A stretch of 64,000 bases of DNA from Haliotis rufescens (Eukaryota). The DNA lies in the NCBI RefSeq assembly GCF_023055435.1, contig NW_025964001.1, forward strand, positions 45,570,001 to 45,634,000. Reading direction: 5' to 3'. Below the pieces are notes generated by a model, which searched no databases, was not told where the DNA came from, and saw only the letters and a list, made by a program, of their open reading frames with translations. Position numbers and translations under genes: made by a program. Below, piece by piece: positions 1 to 12,251 of the stretch (the first letter of the stretch is position 1; the number at the start of each line of letters is the position of its first letter).

Positions 1-158
1 GGATAGCATCATGCGGACAGTCAGTTGGTTCTTGCCAGGAGTCAGGAATGAATCGTGGTATTTCTCCCTGAGGTATCGGCGCTTCAGGTTCCGGCATTTC
101 ATCATAATGCTTAGTTCCTCTTTTTCTTTCAGGAAGTGCTTGATGGTGCACCGGATTG
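1..158 (-). CDS. Galaxin-like gene, probable downstream exon (AIRCTIKHFLKEKEELSIMMKC...), continues past window edge
   Basis: Acceptor ctctttcag at 159-167 (minus strand). Phase 1 matches the donor G|gtaagg at 1107/1106, and the frame is open to position 1. Confidence 0.65.
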
Positions 159-3100
159 CTGAAAGAGATTAATTTCATGGGAATCAGTTCTACAGGTATA
201 TTGTTCTTCACATGAGTTCTATTTGGCCGTAGGGCATTATCGCAGTATGGCAGTGTTTGCTGGCCACTGGTTCCCCATGTGGTTCAGAGGGGTTCTACTG
301 TCTATACCTTCATCCTCTGCATCTCATCTTCCCTAGGCAAGAGAGTTAACTGTCTTTAAAGTCCAGTTTCCACACTTGGTGAACTAGGCTGGAATTCCTG
401 GGCTTGATCGAAGTGCCACCAGTGGCTATTAAGAGTTATGTCCCTTCCATGCCTCTCCTATGGACCAATCAGATTCCACCTCTCGTATCACTTACCTTTG
501 CTTCAAACAAAATGGCGGCACCCAGCCAAGATGATCTGATCGACAATCAAGATCTCTATTGTGATAAAACAAGTCTTACAAAGTGCATCAAATCATGTTA
601 GCACCTTGATTAAAAACATGAAATGATTTAGAAACTATCTGTTGACGAGTCAGTGGTGCACATGCTCTGCAAATCCTGCAATCGACTGAAATATGCATGA
701 CAGTTTACGAACCGGATTTCGATTTCATTCAGCGATTTTGATTGGACTATGCATCGACTCGTTAGTCCAGCCAAATTGTAACTCCATAATACCAGCCTAG
801 TTCAGCAAGGGTTGAAACTGGACTTTTATAGTCAGTTAACTCACTTGCCTCGGGAAGATGCAGCATCTGTGCTACATGCCTGTTGTCAACTGACGTAAAG
901 TAGCCTACAGTCACTCAAATATGGAATCTTACTGGTGGGCATTATGAAATATCTAATTTGACCTGTTCTGGTCAATGGACCACCCCTGGACCACCCATAA
1001 CGCACACTGGACAACCATATACCTCTGAGGGTATCAAATGCTAAGTATTGAGCAGGTATATATTTCAGGCAGTTCTAGTATTATTGGTATTAGCAAATTC
1101 CCTTACCAAATGTTTGGAAGCACTCTTTCACCTCAATCCCATTCAGATTTTTCCATGTCTTCCATCTACATAAATTTTCCATTGGATGTATATCCTTTTT
1201 CCACTCAACGATTCCATTGGATTTGCATCGTCCATCTTTGCGAAAATACACCATTGTGTTTTTACAACATCGCTGTCTTCTGCGGCCTCGTCGGGAAACA
1301 ACTGCATATCCCCCACAGCAGGATTTCTTCTTGGGGTTGTAAAGCTCCTTACCACAGCAATAGCTGACCATGCTGAAGTAGGGGGAGTTTCCACAGCAAT
1401 CGTCTCCATGCTCTTCCATCAAGAACTGCTTATTGCCACAACACACAGTGACATCAGCATTGTAGTAGGAGCCTCCACACTTCTCATGACAGGGGTTTTG
1501 GTGTGAATGTTTAGGGTAAGACCTAGCCCCACAGCATCTGCAGAAGATGAAGCATCCTAATTATGTATCAGAGCCTGACAGTGCTGTTTAGCAGGTGATG
1601 TGGGATGATGAGTATCAAATCACTATACACACTTGGCTTTCATATGGTGGGGCTGGGTTAAACTTATTTCCAACTCATTCACTCAGTCAGGTAGGGGCTG
1701 TGCTTGAAAGTTATCTTTCCTTAAATACTTTAAGCTTCCGAAAATAAGTCTCTTGTTCCTTGTGTCTCTTTTTTGAAATTTTGAACATGACAAGGGCAGG
1801 TAACTCTAACCATACTACACTGACATAAGGTATATTTTCAAGGAAGGTTGTACAACCACACTGGTGTAAGACAATAATGAATGTATGGTGTTCCTGGTCA
1901 TGTCTCCAAACACACACCATCAGCTGCAGCATCTGTTCACCCTTTCACGGCCACCTCCGCAGTCTAGTGGTACAGAGGCCGCCAAAAGTGCGAAAGGTCC
2001 GTTCATTCCACGGCATATCAAAAGACGTTAAAAGATGGTACTTATTACCCTGTCTGGCGCTAGGCATTTAGGGGCTGAAACAAGGACTTGTTGGCTCGGA
2101 ATCAGTATACTGTGTCTGAATGGGGTATTCATGTTAAACTGCAGCATGGTATCTCAGTAGGCTAGCACTATAAAATAGGCATCAGTCCGGTCTAGTATAC
2201 ACACACACATGCATGCACATCGCTATATAAGTGCAATAATCTTGGATGCAATGTTAAATCCCAGGTAAATCTCACTTCACCTCACCTCAACCTTTCACTT
2301 TTAACTGGGCCATGATTACCATCCCTGCTGTTTAGTATAATCTACTCACTCTGCATCATTGGCTGACTCATTGTGGACGTGACCCTGGCAGCACATCTGG
2401 GTGGTCTCACTGTAGACTGTCTGCTTCAGATCCCAGCGCCGGCAGCAGCCGAGAGTGTCTCCGGGAGGAAAGTAGTGGACTTGACCGTTGCAGCACACAG
2501 CTTTATTGTCACTGTATGGGACATGGCCACAGTACCGGTCATCAAGTTTCATGATTGTCTGGACTTCCCCTTCAACGCACTCCTACATAAACAATCATGT
2601 TGCAACGTACTGGTACTTCAACCTGGAGTGTATCTCACAATAACTAGGTTTCTTTGGCTCATATCTCACAATAACTAGGTTTCTTTGGCTCATATCTCAC
2701 AATAACTAGGTTTCTTTGGCTCATATCTCACAATAACTAGGTTTCTTTGGCTCATATCTCACAATAACTAGGTTTCTTTGGCTCATATCTCACAATAACT
2801 AGGTTTCTTTGGCTCATATCTCACAATAACTAGGTTTCTTTGGATCATATCTCACAATAACTAGGTTTCTTTGGATCATATCTCACAATAACTAGGTTTC
2901 TTTGGATCATATCTCACAATAACTAGGTTTCTTTGGCTCATATCTCACAATAACTAGGTTTCTTTGGCTCATATCTCACAATAACTAGGTTTCTTTGGCT
3001 CATATCTCACAATAACTAGGTTTCTTTGGATCATATCTCACAATAACTAGGTTTCTTTGGCTCATATCTCACAATAACTAGGTTTCTTTGGCTCATATCT

Positions 3101-6100
3101 CACAATAACTAGGTTTCTTTGGATCATATCTCACAATAACTAGGTTTCTTTGGATCATATCTCACAATAACTAGGTTTCTTTGGCTCATATCTCACAATA
3201 ACTAGGTTTCTTTGGCTCATATCTCACAATAACTAGGTTTCTTTGGATCATATCTCACAATAACTAGGTTTCTTTGGATCATATCTCACAATAACTAGGT
3301 TTCTTTGGATCATATCTCACAATAACTAGGTTTCTTTGGCTCATATCTCACAATAACTAGGTTTCTTTGGCTCATATCTCACAATAACTAGGTTTCTTTG
3401 GCTCATATCTCACAATAACTAGGTTTCTTTGGCTCATATCTCACAATAACTAGGTTTCTTTGGCTCATATCTCACAATAACTAGGTTTCTTTGGATCATA
3501 TCTCACAATAACTAGGTTTCTTTGGATCATATCTCACAATAACTAGGTTTCTTTGGATCATATCTCACAATAACTAGGTTTCTTTGGCTCATATCTCACA
3601 ATAACTAGGTTTCTTTGGCTCATATCTCACAATAACTAGGTTTCTTTGGATCATATCTCACAATAACTAGGTTTCTTTGGCTCATATCTCACAATAACTA
3701 GGTTTCTTTGGCTCATAGCTCACAATAACTAGGTTTCTTTGGATCATATCTCACAATAACTAGGTTTCTTTGGCTCATATCTCACAATAACTAGGTTTCT
3801 TTGGCTCATATCTCACAATAACTAGGTTTCTTTGGCTCATATCTCACAATAACTAGGTTTCTTTGGATCATATCTCACAATAACTAGGTTTCTTTGGATC
3901 ATATCTCACAATAACTAGGTTTCTTTGGCTCATATCTCACAATAACTAGGTTTCTTTGGCTCATATCTCACAATAACTAGGTTTCTTTGGCTCATATCTC
4001 ACAATAACTAGGTTTCTTTGGATCATATCTCACAATAACTAGGTTTCTTTGGATCATATCTCACAATAACTAGGTTTCTTTGGCTCATATCTCACAATAA
4101 CTAGGTTTCTTTGGATCATATCTCACAATAACTAGGTTTCTTTGGCTCATATCTCACAATAACTAGGTTTCTTTGGCTCATATCTCACAATAACTAGGTT
4201 TCTTTGGCTCATATCTCACAATAACTAGGTTTCTTTGGCTCATATCTCACAATAACTAGGTTTCTTTGGCTCATATCTCACAATAACTAGGTTTCTTTGG
4301 CTCATATCTCCCAATAACTAGGTTTCTTTGGATCATATCTCACAATAACTAGGTTTCTTTGGCTCATATCTCACAATAACTAGGTTTCTTTGGATCATAT
4401 CTCACAATAACTAGGTTTCTTTGGATCATATCTCCCAATAACTAGGTTTCTTTGGCTCATATCTTCACAATAACTAAGTTTCTTTGAATCATATCTTCAC
4501 AATAACTAGGTTTAGCCCAGACAATTTTTCTTGGTCTGATCAAATAATAAACATAATTCCACCAAACGATACAAACCTTTTCCGAGCTGTTGTATGTGGC
4601 AAACTGTCTTGAGTAATAGCTTAGACAGCAAGCGTCATGACCTTCCTTGGTCTCCACCTGTGTGTTTTGGCAGCACATCTTGCTTGGCGCCAGCCTCGCT
4701 CCCCCACAACATGTACTGCCTTCCTTCAGTGCCTTCAGTACCCTCGATGGGGAACCTACAATGAACAGGTAATCAAACATCTCAACCGCATCACAACTGC
4801 CAACAACTGCATGGCATTATTAGTGAAAAAAGTTTTATTTTTTTTAAGATACAAATAATTGTATATTTCACCTAAACAGATAATTATTTTGAACTCTGGA
4901 TACAGCTCTCAAAATTACTTGAAATCACAGTTGTCAGCACAATTGAAGAACCTAGTTGACCTAGACATTCGCACATGCCGGGTGCTGTAAGTTGCAGAAA
5001 CACCTGGTACCATTGTAGACAATGATTCCAAAGTATACTAGCCACATAAAGAAACTGTGCACGGAGAAAATATATTCTGGAATGAAATACAACACAGCAA
5101 GAACAAAATGATGCAGACGCTGTAGCAGCTGAATGATCGGACCATAAGAAAATGTCAACGGGACCTGAACAACATCTGTTACGATGACGTCAGAAGATCA
5201 AAATGGAGTAGGGGGTCAAACGACAAAGTCACAAAGTCAATAACGGGTATGACCACCCTGTGCTTGAATCACAGCAGTGCATCGGTGATGCATGGAGTCC
5301 ACCAAATGGGCATGGAAGGCCTGGGGAATGGCCTGCCATATCCTCCTCAAATCCTGTGCCAAGTCACGGACGTTATCTGGAGGATGTGGAAGACGACGCA
5401 GACGGCGCTCCATTTCATCCCACACATGCTCTATTGGGGAGAGATCTGGAGAAATTGCAGGCCATGGCAGTAACATGACATTGTTATGGTGAAGGAAATC
5501 CATTGCGACCCTAGCCGTGTGAGGACAAGCGTTGTCCTGTTGAAATGTCAATCCCGGGCCATTACGTTGCAGGAAAGGAATGACCACAGGCCTCAGATTC
5601 TGATCTCTGTAGCCAACACCGGTGAGATTGCCCTGAACAACCACCGAAGGGGTTCGGTGCCGTGCTGTTATCCCACCCCAAATCATCACAGAGCCACCTC
5701 CAAAACGATTCCTCTCCACAATACAGTTGTGTGCATAACGTTCTCCCAAACGCCGGTAGACACGTTGGCGCCAGTCACTGTGGGAAATGTTGAACCTCGA
5801 TTCATCTGTAAAGACAACATTTCTCCACCATATTCGAGGTTGGCGAACATGATTTCGACACCATCTTAGATGGTTGACTCGATGACGGTGTGTCAGGATG
5901 GGAGGTATGGCAGGGCGTCGTGGTCGAATCCCGTACTGACGTAGGCGATTCCTGACAGTGTTGAGATGGATACGGCGCAGTCCAGGAATTGTCTGGGACG
6001 TCGTTACTGCCGTTTGGAACCTGTGTCGGAGATGTGTCACTCGAATCCATCTGTCCTGTCTTGGCGTCGTTACTCGGGGACGTCCTGAACGTGGGTGGTC

Positions 6101-9100
6101 GGCAACGTCATTTGTGTTCTGATAACGCCTCACCAATGCTGATATCGTGTTATGGTGGCATTGGAAATGTGTTGCCACCTGTTGTTGCCTCATTCCCGCT
6201 CGGATCATTCCAATGGCTTCATGACGTTGTGCAGCTGTCAATCTTGGCATGATTTGCTTGTGATATGCTTGTGTCTGCGCCTGAGAAGTTTTGAATTTTT
6301 GAATGACCAGAGATCATGCTTTCCAAAGTGACAGCGAATTTTGAGTTGCACATGCTGTGTACAGCTGCACAGGATGCACGTGCAGTAACACATTGCACGT
6401 CCATAGGCCCCCATCAATGACGTCATATCGCATGGCACGTGCATGAGCTTTTGAATGTCTCCAATAATTGCTGTGTTCAAACCTATATTTCATATATGGA
6501 CGGTGTGCCCTTATATCTATATTTTCTCCGTGCACAGTTTCTTTATGTGACTAGTATACATACAGATCGGACCCTCCAGGTTAGTTTGCACTCTCTTCAC
6601 ATGACAGAGACACCAGTTTGATTACACCTGATGCTTTGATATTGTGAACAGCATGACAGCATGTCAGGAAACACATCTTTAATCTCTCAGAAACCATACA
6701 GTAACGATGACAGTGTATAAGGCCACATACCATCACAGCAGAAGTGAGTGTCCTTCTTGTAGGGGTGTCCAGCACAGCATCCCTGGCTGTGCCCATCTAT
6801 CCTGTGTGTCCCACAGCATGTGTCATGGCTGCTAGATCTGGTCCAGGTGCTGCCAGCACAGCATAGCTCTGCCGTGGTGTTATAATACCCTGAAAACAAC
6901 CCAACCAGTATTAGACAGCTCACACAGTCCAGGCTGATGTAAGTAGAAACAGGAAAGTCTATCCTGGTGGGAAGTACAGTTGATCAATCAACCTACCTGT
7001 CTCACTACCCACACAGCACTGCAAGTGGTCATCAGCAGGAATGACAACCTCGGCCCCAGGATACTGGGAACAGCAGACTTGTCTCTGGTTATTGTACCCA
7101 ACTGTGCCACAACATTCCACCGTAGGGTTTCTTTGGGACATGTCTTCAGGGTCCAGGTACGGTTGATCATAGATTTTGTCTGAAATCAAGATTCAGGTAA
7201 TTAAGTGCCTGTGTTTATGTAACCTGTTCATAAGCAGAAAAAACTTATTCATTTGCAAATCTTGTTCTGTGCCTTTAAGAACATTTTATATTCAGATTGT
7301 GGGAGAAATTTGGTTTTGTATCCAGCTGTGTTGGCAAAATCTCGAAGGAATCCTAAATATAATGAAATATATCTACTCTTATTGAGGGAGATCATAGGTC
7401 TTGTCTACACAACTTAGCCAGACTATGATACATAGACGCAAGCAGCTTGTCTGAAAACTAACTGCAAGGCTAGAAGTGCTTCTGATTATACTTTTGGACA
7501 TATACAGTCACGGTAACTCTCATATAATATCTGAACTAGATATAAAGTCCATTACATTTCTGGGTTAGCAGTCTGCAGCCATAGAAGTACATCTAACGTA
7601 TATGTGTGAGTGAGTGAGTAAGTTGAACATTACTTCAGTTACTTTAACGACTGTTACCTGAATGAAACCCATGAACCGGTATGACAAATAAGGAATCATA
7701 ATCAGTGCTAATCTGTGATTTGAACCCAAGATCATCTTCACGACTAAGGGATGCAACCTTTCACATGAATGTGTAAATTGTCAGAAGATACTACTATGGG
7801 TGTGGAACGTCTCTCTATTCTCAGTTATATGCCTCACAGACCCTGAACCATATTATTTTCCCTTCCACCCAGCCCTTTCTGTAATGCAAAAACCCTAGAT
7901 GAAGCAAGTCTAGATTTTTCTTACATCTCATCAGAGTTCCTTTTCAGTTTAAATGGAGTTATTTGTTTCTATCAACATTAAGTATTTTCAGAGACTAGGC
8001 GTTGGTCTACTGTGATAGTGCGATGTTACATTTCCTCACTCACCATCACAGCAGGACTTCTCACGGCGTGAGATGATCTTGCCATCACAGATCTCGTCCA
8101 GTCTGTTGACTGCTATCGGATTGCGTGTGTTGCCGGAGATGTTCCAGCGGCAGTTCTGATTGGACAGGTCGACAACAAGGTGACCACAGCACGTGTAGTT
8201 CGGGCCGCGAACGTGTTTGCTGACCAGTGCAGGGTTATCTTCATTTTGACAACACATCTGCGACGTTAGGTTGATGTACTGCTTGCCGCAACAACCCATA
8301 TCTGGAACAGCGTTGGAACTCAAATACGATTTTCTTTCAAAATGCTGTTTGGATAATAACAATAGGGCAATAGTTCCCGAGGCAAGTCCAGTAGAAACAT
8401 TTATCCACCAAAACTAGTAATAGCCGATTTTGTCTCTTATAACATGAAGGTTTTTTAACAGCCAACGTGCAGAGTTTCGTCCCTTGCGCACGCAAGAAAC
8501 CAATGATTGGGGGTTCGAATCCCGGTTCGCCCCGATTATTTTTCTAGGTTTGTCAGCACCATACCCGTGCTCGTGGGTTTCACAGAAGTGGTAAACGTCT
8601 CAGACCTGCATCACTTCGGGCATTCCTCCCGCATAAAGCTGACACGCTGCGATATAACTGGAATACTGTTAAAGGCGGCGTTTAACCCAACTCACTCACT
8701 CACTCTTTTCCTCAGTCACTTAAATCGCCTGTGACGCCATATTCGGTGGATGACGTCGTCTTGCATTATTTGCAGTCATATGACGTCAAGTTCCTATGGA
8801 CTTCTTCACATACAATGGAACAATTTGAACGAAGCAAAATTGTTGGGCCGTGCCTATTTTTGGAATATTTCATAAATCTAGTGAAGACAATAGTATGTCA
8901 GTCGTTCTGGGAACCTTTAAGTTTCTTTGGGATATATATTTGAAAAGAAATCTGGATTTTTGTGATACTTGTCGTCATTTTGGGGATTTGACTATTCTCT
9001 GATGTTGGTGAGAGTTTAAATTATGTTTTAATACAATTTCACGTTAAAGAAGTCTCTATAACTCACCTGGGTGTCTAGGATGGCTGACACCCCCGCAGCA

Positions 9101-9283
9101 GACTGTCCTCTCCATGGGGATTTTCGTGTTACCGCAGCATCCATACTCCACCCCATTCTCATCGTACCTTTCGTACATCTTGTCTTCACAACACAGCCCA
9201 TGGTTTTCGTAGTAGACTCTACCTGTCTCTACAACACAAACCGCCACCATCAGCACCACCATACAACCCCATCGTGACCACAT
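1..9283 (-). CDS. Secreted galaxin-like di-cysteine repeat protein (multi-exon, 3' incomplete). Exons 9283-9067, 8301-8044, 7179-6997, 6889-6731, 4755-4577, 2582-2350, 1537-1107, 158-<1
   Basis: All junctions are GT..AG and phase-compatible (1,1,1,1,0,2,1), giving an open frame of over 600 aa. It starts with signal-like MWSRWGCMVVLMVAVCVVETG and has 26 CC motifs in galaxin/usherin-type spacing (e.g. YNTTAELCCAG, YSETTQMCCQG, YNPKKKSCCGG). Confidence 0.85.
350..835. mobile_element. Non-autonomous DNA transposon (MITE) with ~45-bp TIRs, flanked by TTAA
   Basis: ctgtctttaaagtccagtttccacacttggtgaactaggctgg is inverted at the right end as ccagcctagttcagcaagggttgaaactggacttttatagtcag. TTAA lies at 346-349 and 836-839. 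Confidence 0.65.
1107..1537 (-). CDS. Galaxin-like exon (ECCGARSY...KECFQTF)
   Basis: Acceptor at 1538-1540, phase 2. Six CC motifs. Donor gtaagg at 1106-1101; if unspliced, a stop follows at 1090. Confidence 0.85.
1949..2290 (+). mobile_element. tRNA-derived SINE, family C ((CACCT)n tail)
   Basis: tRNA-like head, body shared with 12252-12503 and 46121-46372, 8-bp TSD cctttcac. Confidence 0.75.
2350..2582 (-). CDS. Galaxin-like exon (ECVEGEV...SANDA)
   Basis: tag acceptor at 2583-2585, gtgagt donor at 2349-2344, phase 0 to 2, three CC motifs. Confidence 0.85.
2631..4513. repeat. 31-bp minisatellite (tatctcacaataactaggtttctttgg[c/a]tca), about 60 copies, filling a galaxin intron
   Basis: 31-bp periodicity read directly; two alternating variants. 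Confidence 0.97.
4577..4755 (-). CDS. Galaxin-like exon (GSPSRVL...NSSEK)
   Basis: tag acceptor at 4756-4758, donor gtttgt at 4576-4571, phase 1 to 0, three CC motifs. Confidence 0.82.
5036..6556 (-). mobile_element. Full-length Tc1/mariner (DD34E) transposon in a galaxin intron
   Basis: About 39-bp TIRs tactag[c/t]cacataaagaaactgtgcacggagaaaatata with one mismatch, TA on both flanks, internal transposase ORF. Confidence 0.95.
5237..6250 (-). CDS. Tc1-family transposase, 337 aa, uninterrupted ORF
   Basis: Paired-like HTH N-terminus with GRPR; motifs VFTDESRF, FQQDNA and SPDLSPIEHVW; 34 residues between the second D and E. Confidence 0.93.
   Translation of the reverse strand: MPRLTAAQRHEAIGMIRAGMRQQQVATHFQCHHNTISALVRRYQNTNDVADHPRSGRPRVTTPRQDRWIRVTHLRHRFQTAVTTSQTIPGLRRIHLNTVRNRLRQYGIRPRRPAIPPILTHRHRVNHLRWCRNHVRQPRIWWRNVVFTDESRFNISHSDWRQRVYRRLGERYAHNCIVERNRFGGGSVMIWGGITARHRTPSVVVQGNLTGVGYRDQNLRPVVIPFLQRNGPGLTFQQDNACPHTARVAMDFLHHNNVMLLPWPAISPDLSPIEHVWDEMERRLRRLPHPPDNVRDLAQDLRRIWQAIPQAFHAHLVDSMHHRCTAVIQAQGGHTRY
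6731..6889 (-). CDS. Galaxin-like exon (GYYNTTAELCC...HFCCD)
   Basis: ttttcag acceptor, gtatgt donor, 159 nt, phase 1-1, four CC motifs. Confidence 0.87.
6997..7179 (-). CDS. Galaxin-like exon (DKIYDQPY...QCCVGSET)
   Basis: atttcag acceptor, gtaggt donor, 183 nt, phase 1-1. Confidence 0.87.
8044..8301 (-). CDS. Galaxin-like exon (DMGCCGKQY...KSCCD)
   Basis: ttccag acceptor, gtgagt donor, 258 nt, phase 1-1. Confidence 0.87.
8467..8705 (+). mobile_element. SINE family B, 5'-truncated
   Basis: B-box ggttcgaatcc, body shared with 17775 and 31377, (ACTC)n tail. Confidence 0.8.
9067..9283 (-). CDS. Galaxin-like exon with signal peptide (MWSRWGCMVVLMVAVCVVETG...HPRHP)
   Basis: ATG at 9283, hydrophobic leader, three CC motifs, donor gtgagt at 9066-9061. 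Confidence 0.8.
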
Positions 9284-10065
9284 TGTCTTAACTGCTTGCT
9301 TCTTTGATTTGAAGTCATTAAATAGAGGGAAATACAATCTTAGTATCCATACACTATTTCACCTTGAGTACATCTATACGCACAATCGGTGTGGGGATTC
9401 CCAAGTTGTTAAAAAATACTTGCGCAAAATCATGATACTGAATGACGTCGCGAAAGCTAGGTCACGTGAGAATCATATCTGTGTAAATACATCCGCGTAC
9501 ATGCAGACAGCACAGGGGTGTGTTTGTGTGGCAGGTCAGCAGGTCAAGGGGTATGTGTACTTGGGCGGTTGTGGTTCGAATGATTTCGACAATATAATAG
9601 CAGTTAAGATATTCAAATAACAGTGAAGCACTCCCACGTACGAAACTACAGGGAAATACAGATAGGAAAAACACGCCAAACGTACTTAAGAGATAAGATG
9701 AATTGTGTAAACCTGTACAGGTTAGGACGATATGTTTGTGAGATAGTATGCCCACGCTATTTGACGTCAGCTGCATTCAACGCATGTAATCAACACAGGG
9801 ATTCTACAAATTCTACAAGGCAATCTTAGCGTAACGACTGTAGGAAGTCTTGTTGCCTAAGGGAGTTATTGTGACATTATAATCATAGTCCATATCGCTA
9901 CCGCCGTAACAACAATAACCACGTGCGCATCGACAGCGGTGACGGGGTCCGACGTTACACTACGTCAGACAGATGCGGTCCTTTCAAATACATGCGCATT
10001 GTTTCCATGGCGACAGTCAGCGTAGGAATATCTTAGTATTAATCGCAGAGTCCAACTGGATTATT

Positions 10066-10250
10066 GGTTGGGTTTTGTTATTAAAGGCCGCACTCGGCAA
10101 TATTCCAACTATATGACGGCGGCGGCACCAGACAATCAGTGACTGACATCGTGAGCATCGATGCACGCATGGGATAGGGTGACGTATAAGTCACCAAGCT
10201 TGACCACCCAATCCAATCACGTCTTGTGAGGACCTATTCTTACCCGGTCC
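10066..10250 (-). mobile_element. SINE family D, degenerate
   Basis: Reverse complement matches 30707-30910 (ccgccgtcatatagctggaatattg). Confidence 0.6.
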
Positions 10251-11193
10251 AACTGGAGCAGGACGGCGGTGTACCAGGTTATGAACTGTACTGTAAATAA
10301 GTCGTGGCATATGAAAAATATGTCTCGTTTCTCCAACATCCCTTTTAAGCTATTTGAGTTGTTGCTGGGTATAAGGCTATAAAACCGATATTTGCGCATT
10401 CATGCCGTAATAATAGTCCGCAACAGTCTGTCTATATCACATGGGCCCTTAACTAAGCCATACTCGACTATCCAGCCTATTATATTTCCATTATATTATG
10501 ATAACGCATGAGAATAGACATTGCTATAATACACTGGATAATCGAGGCTGGGGTCAGGCAAACCAATGGCTGAGAGCATGAGAAAAGATCAACCCCGTCT
10601 GGTTACAATGCCCAAAACTCCGGTTCCACCGGCTGTCACGACAAGCACGAGTGGGGTATACGTGCTGCCGCCCTGCCCTTAACCCTCAGGCATAGGAATG
10701 GACTTGGGGATTGTAGAAAATCCCTTGCACACGAATGACGAGTTGATGGTTACACAGTTTTGACAGCATATAATAATCAACAATATTAAATCGTGTCCAT
10801 GCACGTGAGCCAAGGTTGTGTTGGCATCTGCATGATTCAGCCAGACGACCTCCCCCTAAACTTCAGCCACCCGGAGGATGAACCGCGTAGGGATTTTATG
10901 ACTGGAGCATCTGCTAGTGCTCGCTAGTTTCAGGGGTTTTCGACTACCCAAGGCTAGTGCAGTAAATGCCTCGGCAAGTGACACAGAGGAAGCCACATTG
11001 TATGTTTGTTGTTTATATCTGGCGTGACGAGGTTTAAGAAGAGAATACAAAATCGAGTTTGGGGCAGGCAAGCCAGAGAGGGACAATTCACGCCATTGAT
11101 ACACGATACAATGCAACCAGTCAAGTCACAGTCTGAACACCCGAGTCAATCTAACACAACCCGACGAGATGTATCGTGTACTGGGGAACAGTT

Positions 11194-11779
11194 CAGGGTG
11201 CCGTTGTACAAAGCGATCTTTGCGCTAAGGTGATCGTAACACCCATACCTTAACATAGACTTAGGACAGTGGCAGCGCTAAGGTGATCGTAACTCCCATA
11301 CCTTAACATAGACTTACGACAGTCGTAACGCTAAGGTGAGGGTCACTCCCAATACCTTAACATATGCTTACGACAGTCGTAACGCTAAGGTGATCGTAAC
11401 TCCCATACCTTAACATAGACTTACGACAGTCGTAACGCTAAGGTGATCGTAACTCCCATACCTTAACATGACTTACGACAGTCGTAGCGCTAAGGTGATC
11501 GTAACTCCCATACCTTAACATGACTTACGACAGTCGTAGCACTAAGGTGGTCGTAACTCCCACACCTTAACATAGACTTACGACAGTCGTAACGCTAAGG
11601 TGATCGTCACTCCCATACCTTAAAATAGACTTACGACAGTCGTAACGCTAAGGCGATCGTCACTCCCATACCTTAACATAGACTTACGACAGTCGTAACG
11701 CTAAGGTGATCGTCACTCCCATACCTTAACATAGACTTACGACAGTGGCAGCGCTAAGGTTTTGTACAACGGCACCCTG
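11194..11779. mobile_element. MITE (PIF/Harbinger-like termini) carrying an internal ~53-bp tandem array
   Basis: Perfect 19-bp TIR cagggtgccgttgtacaaa / tttgtacaacggcaccctg around about 10 copies of gctaaggtgatcgtaactcccataccttaacatagacttacgacagtcgtaac. Confidence 0.8.
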
Positions 11780-11950
11780 ACCCTGAGTTCCCTCGCGGCC
11801 CAATTTAGAACACTACTTCTTCACTTGAATACACCAACACCCGTTACCTAAATCAGTACGATATACACACTCTGTATGTATAAGTGTGACTTTACACACA
11901 CAAAAAAACGTCAGACGTTTTGTATTTTCCGAGCGACGGCGAAGGAAATA

Positions 11951-12107
11951 CAATCGAACCCCGTTGTCTCGAACAAATGTTCGAGTTACCCGGGGTTCGA
12001 AACATCAGGAAAACATTATGCTTAATTCGAATACTTGAGACTCCCAAATGAATTCGAGACAACCGGGAATTCGACACATCCAAGTTAGACTCAACGAGGT
12101 TTTACTG
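11951..12107. mobile_element. Tigger/pogo-type MITE, decayed
   Basis: Imperfect TIRs ta|caatcgaaccccgttgtctcgaac ... gttagactcaacgaggttttactg. Confidence 0.5.
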
Positions 12108-12251
12108 CATATGCATCGTAATACAAGTTTCGTAAAAGCAGTTTGTTGACGTAAGGGTAATAACGCCACTATCACCAACAATTAACTCATAACTGATTAA
12201 ATTTCGAGGAGCTAACAGTGTGCATGTGACGTTAGTGACAGTTGATATACG

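Noticed and set aside
2631-4513. CRISPR-like regular repeats (also 11220-11760 and 56778-60114)
   Set aside because: Head-to-tail units with no unique spacers, no cas genes, eukaryotic context.
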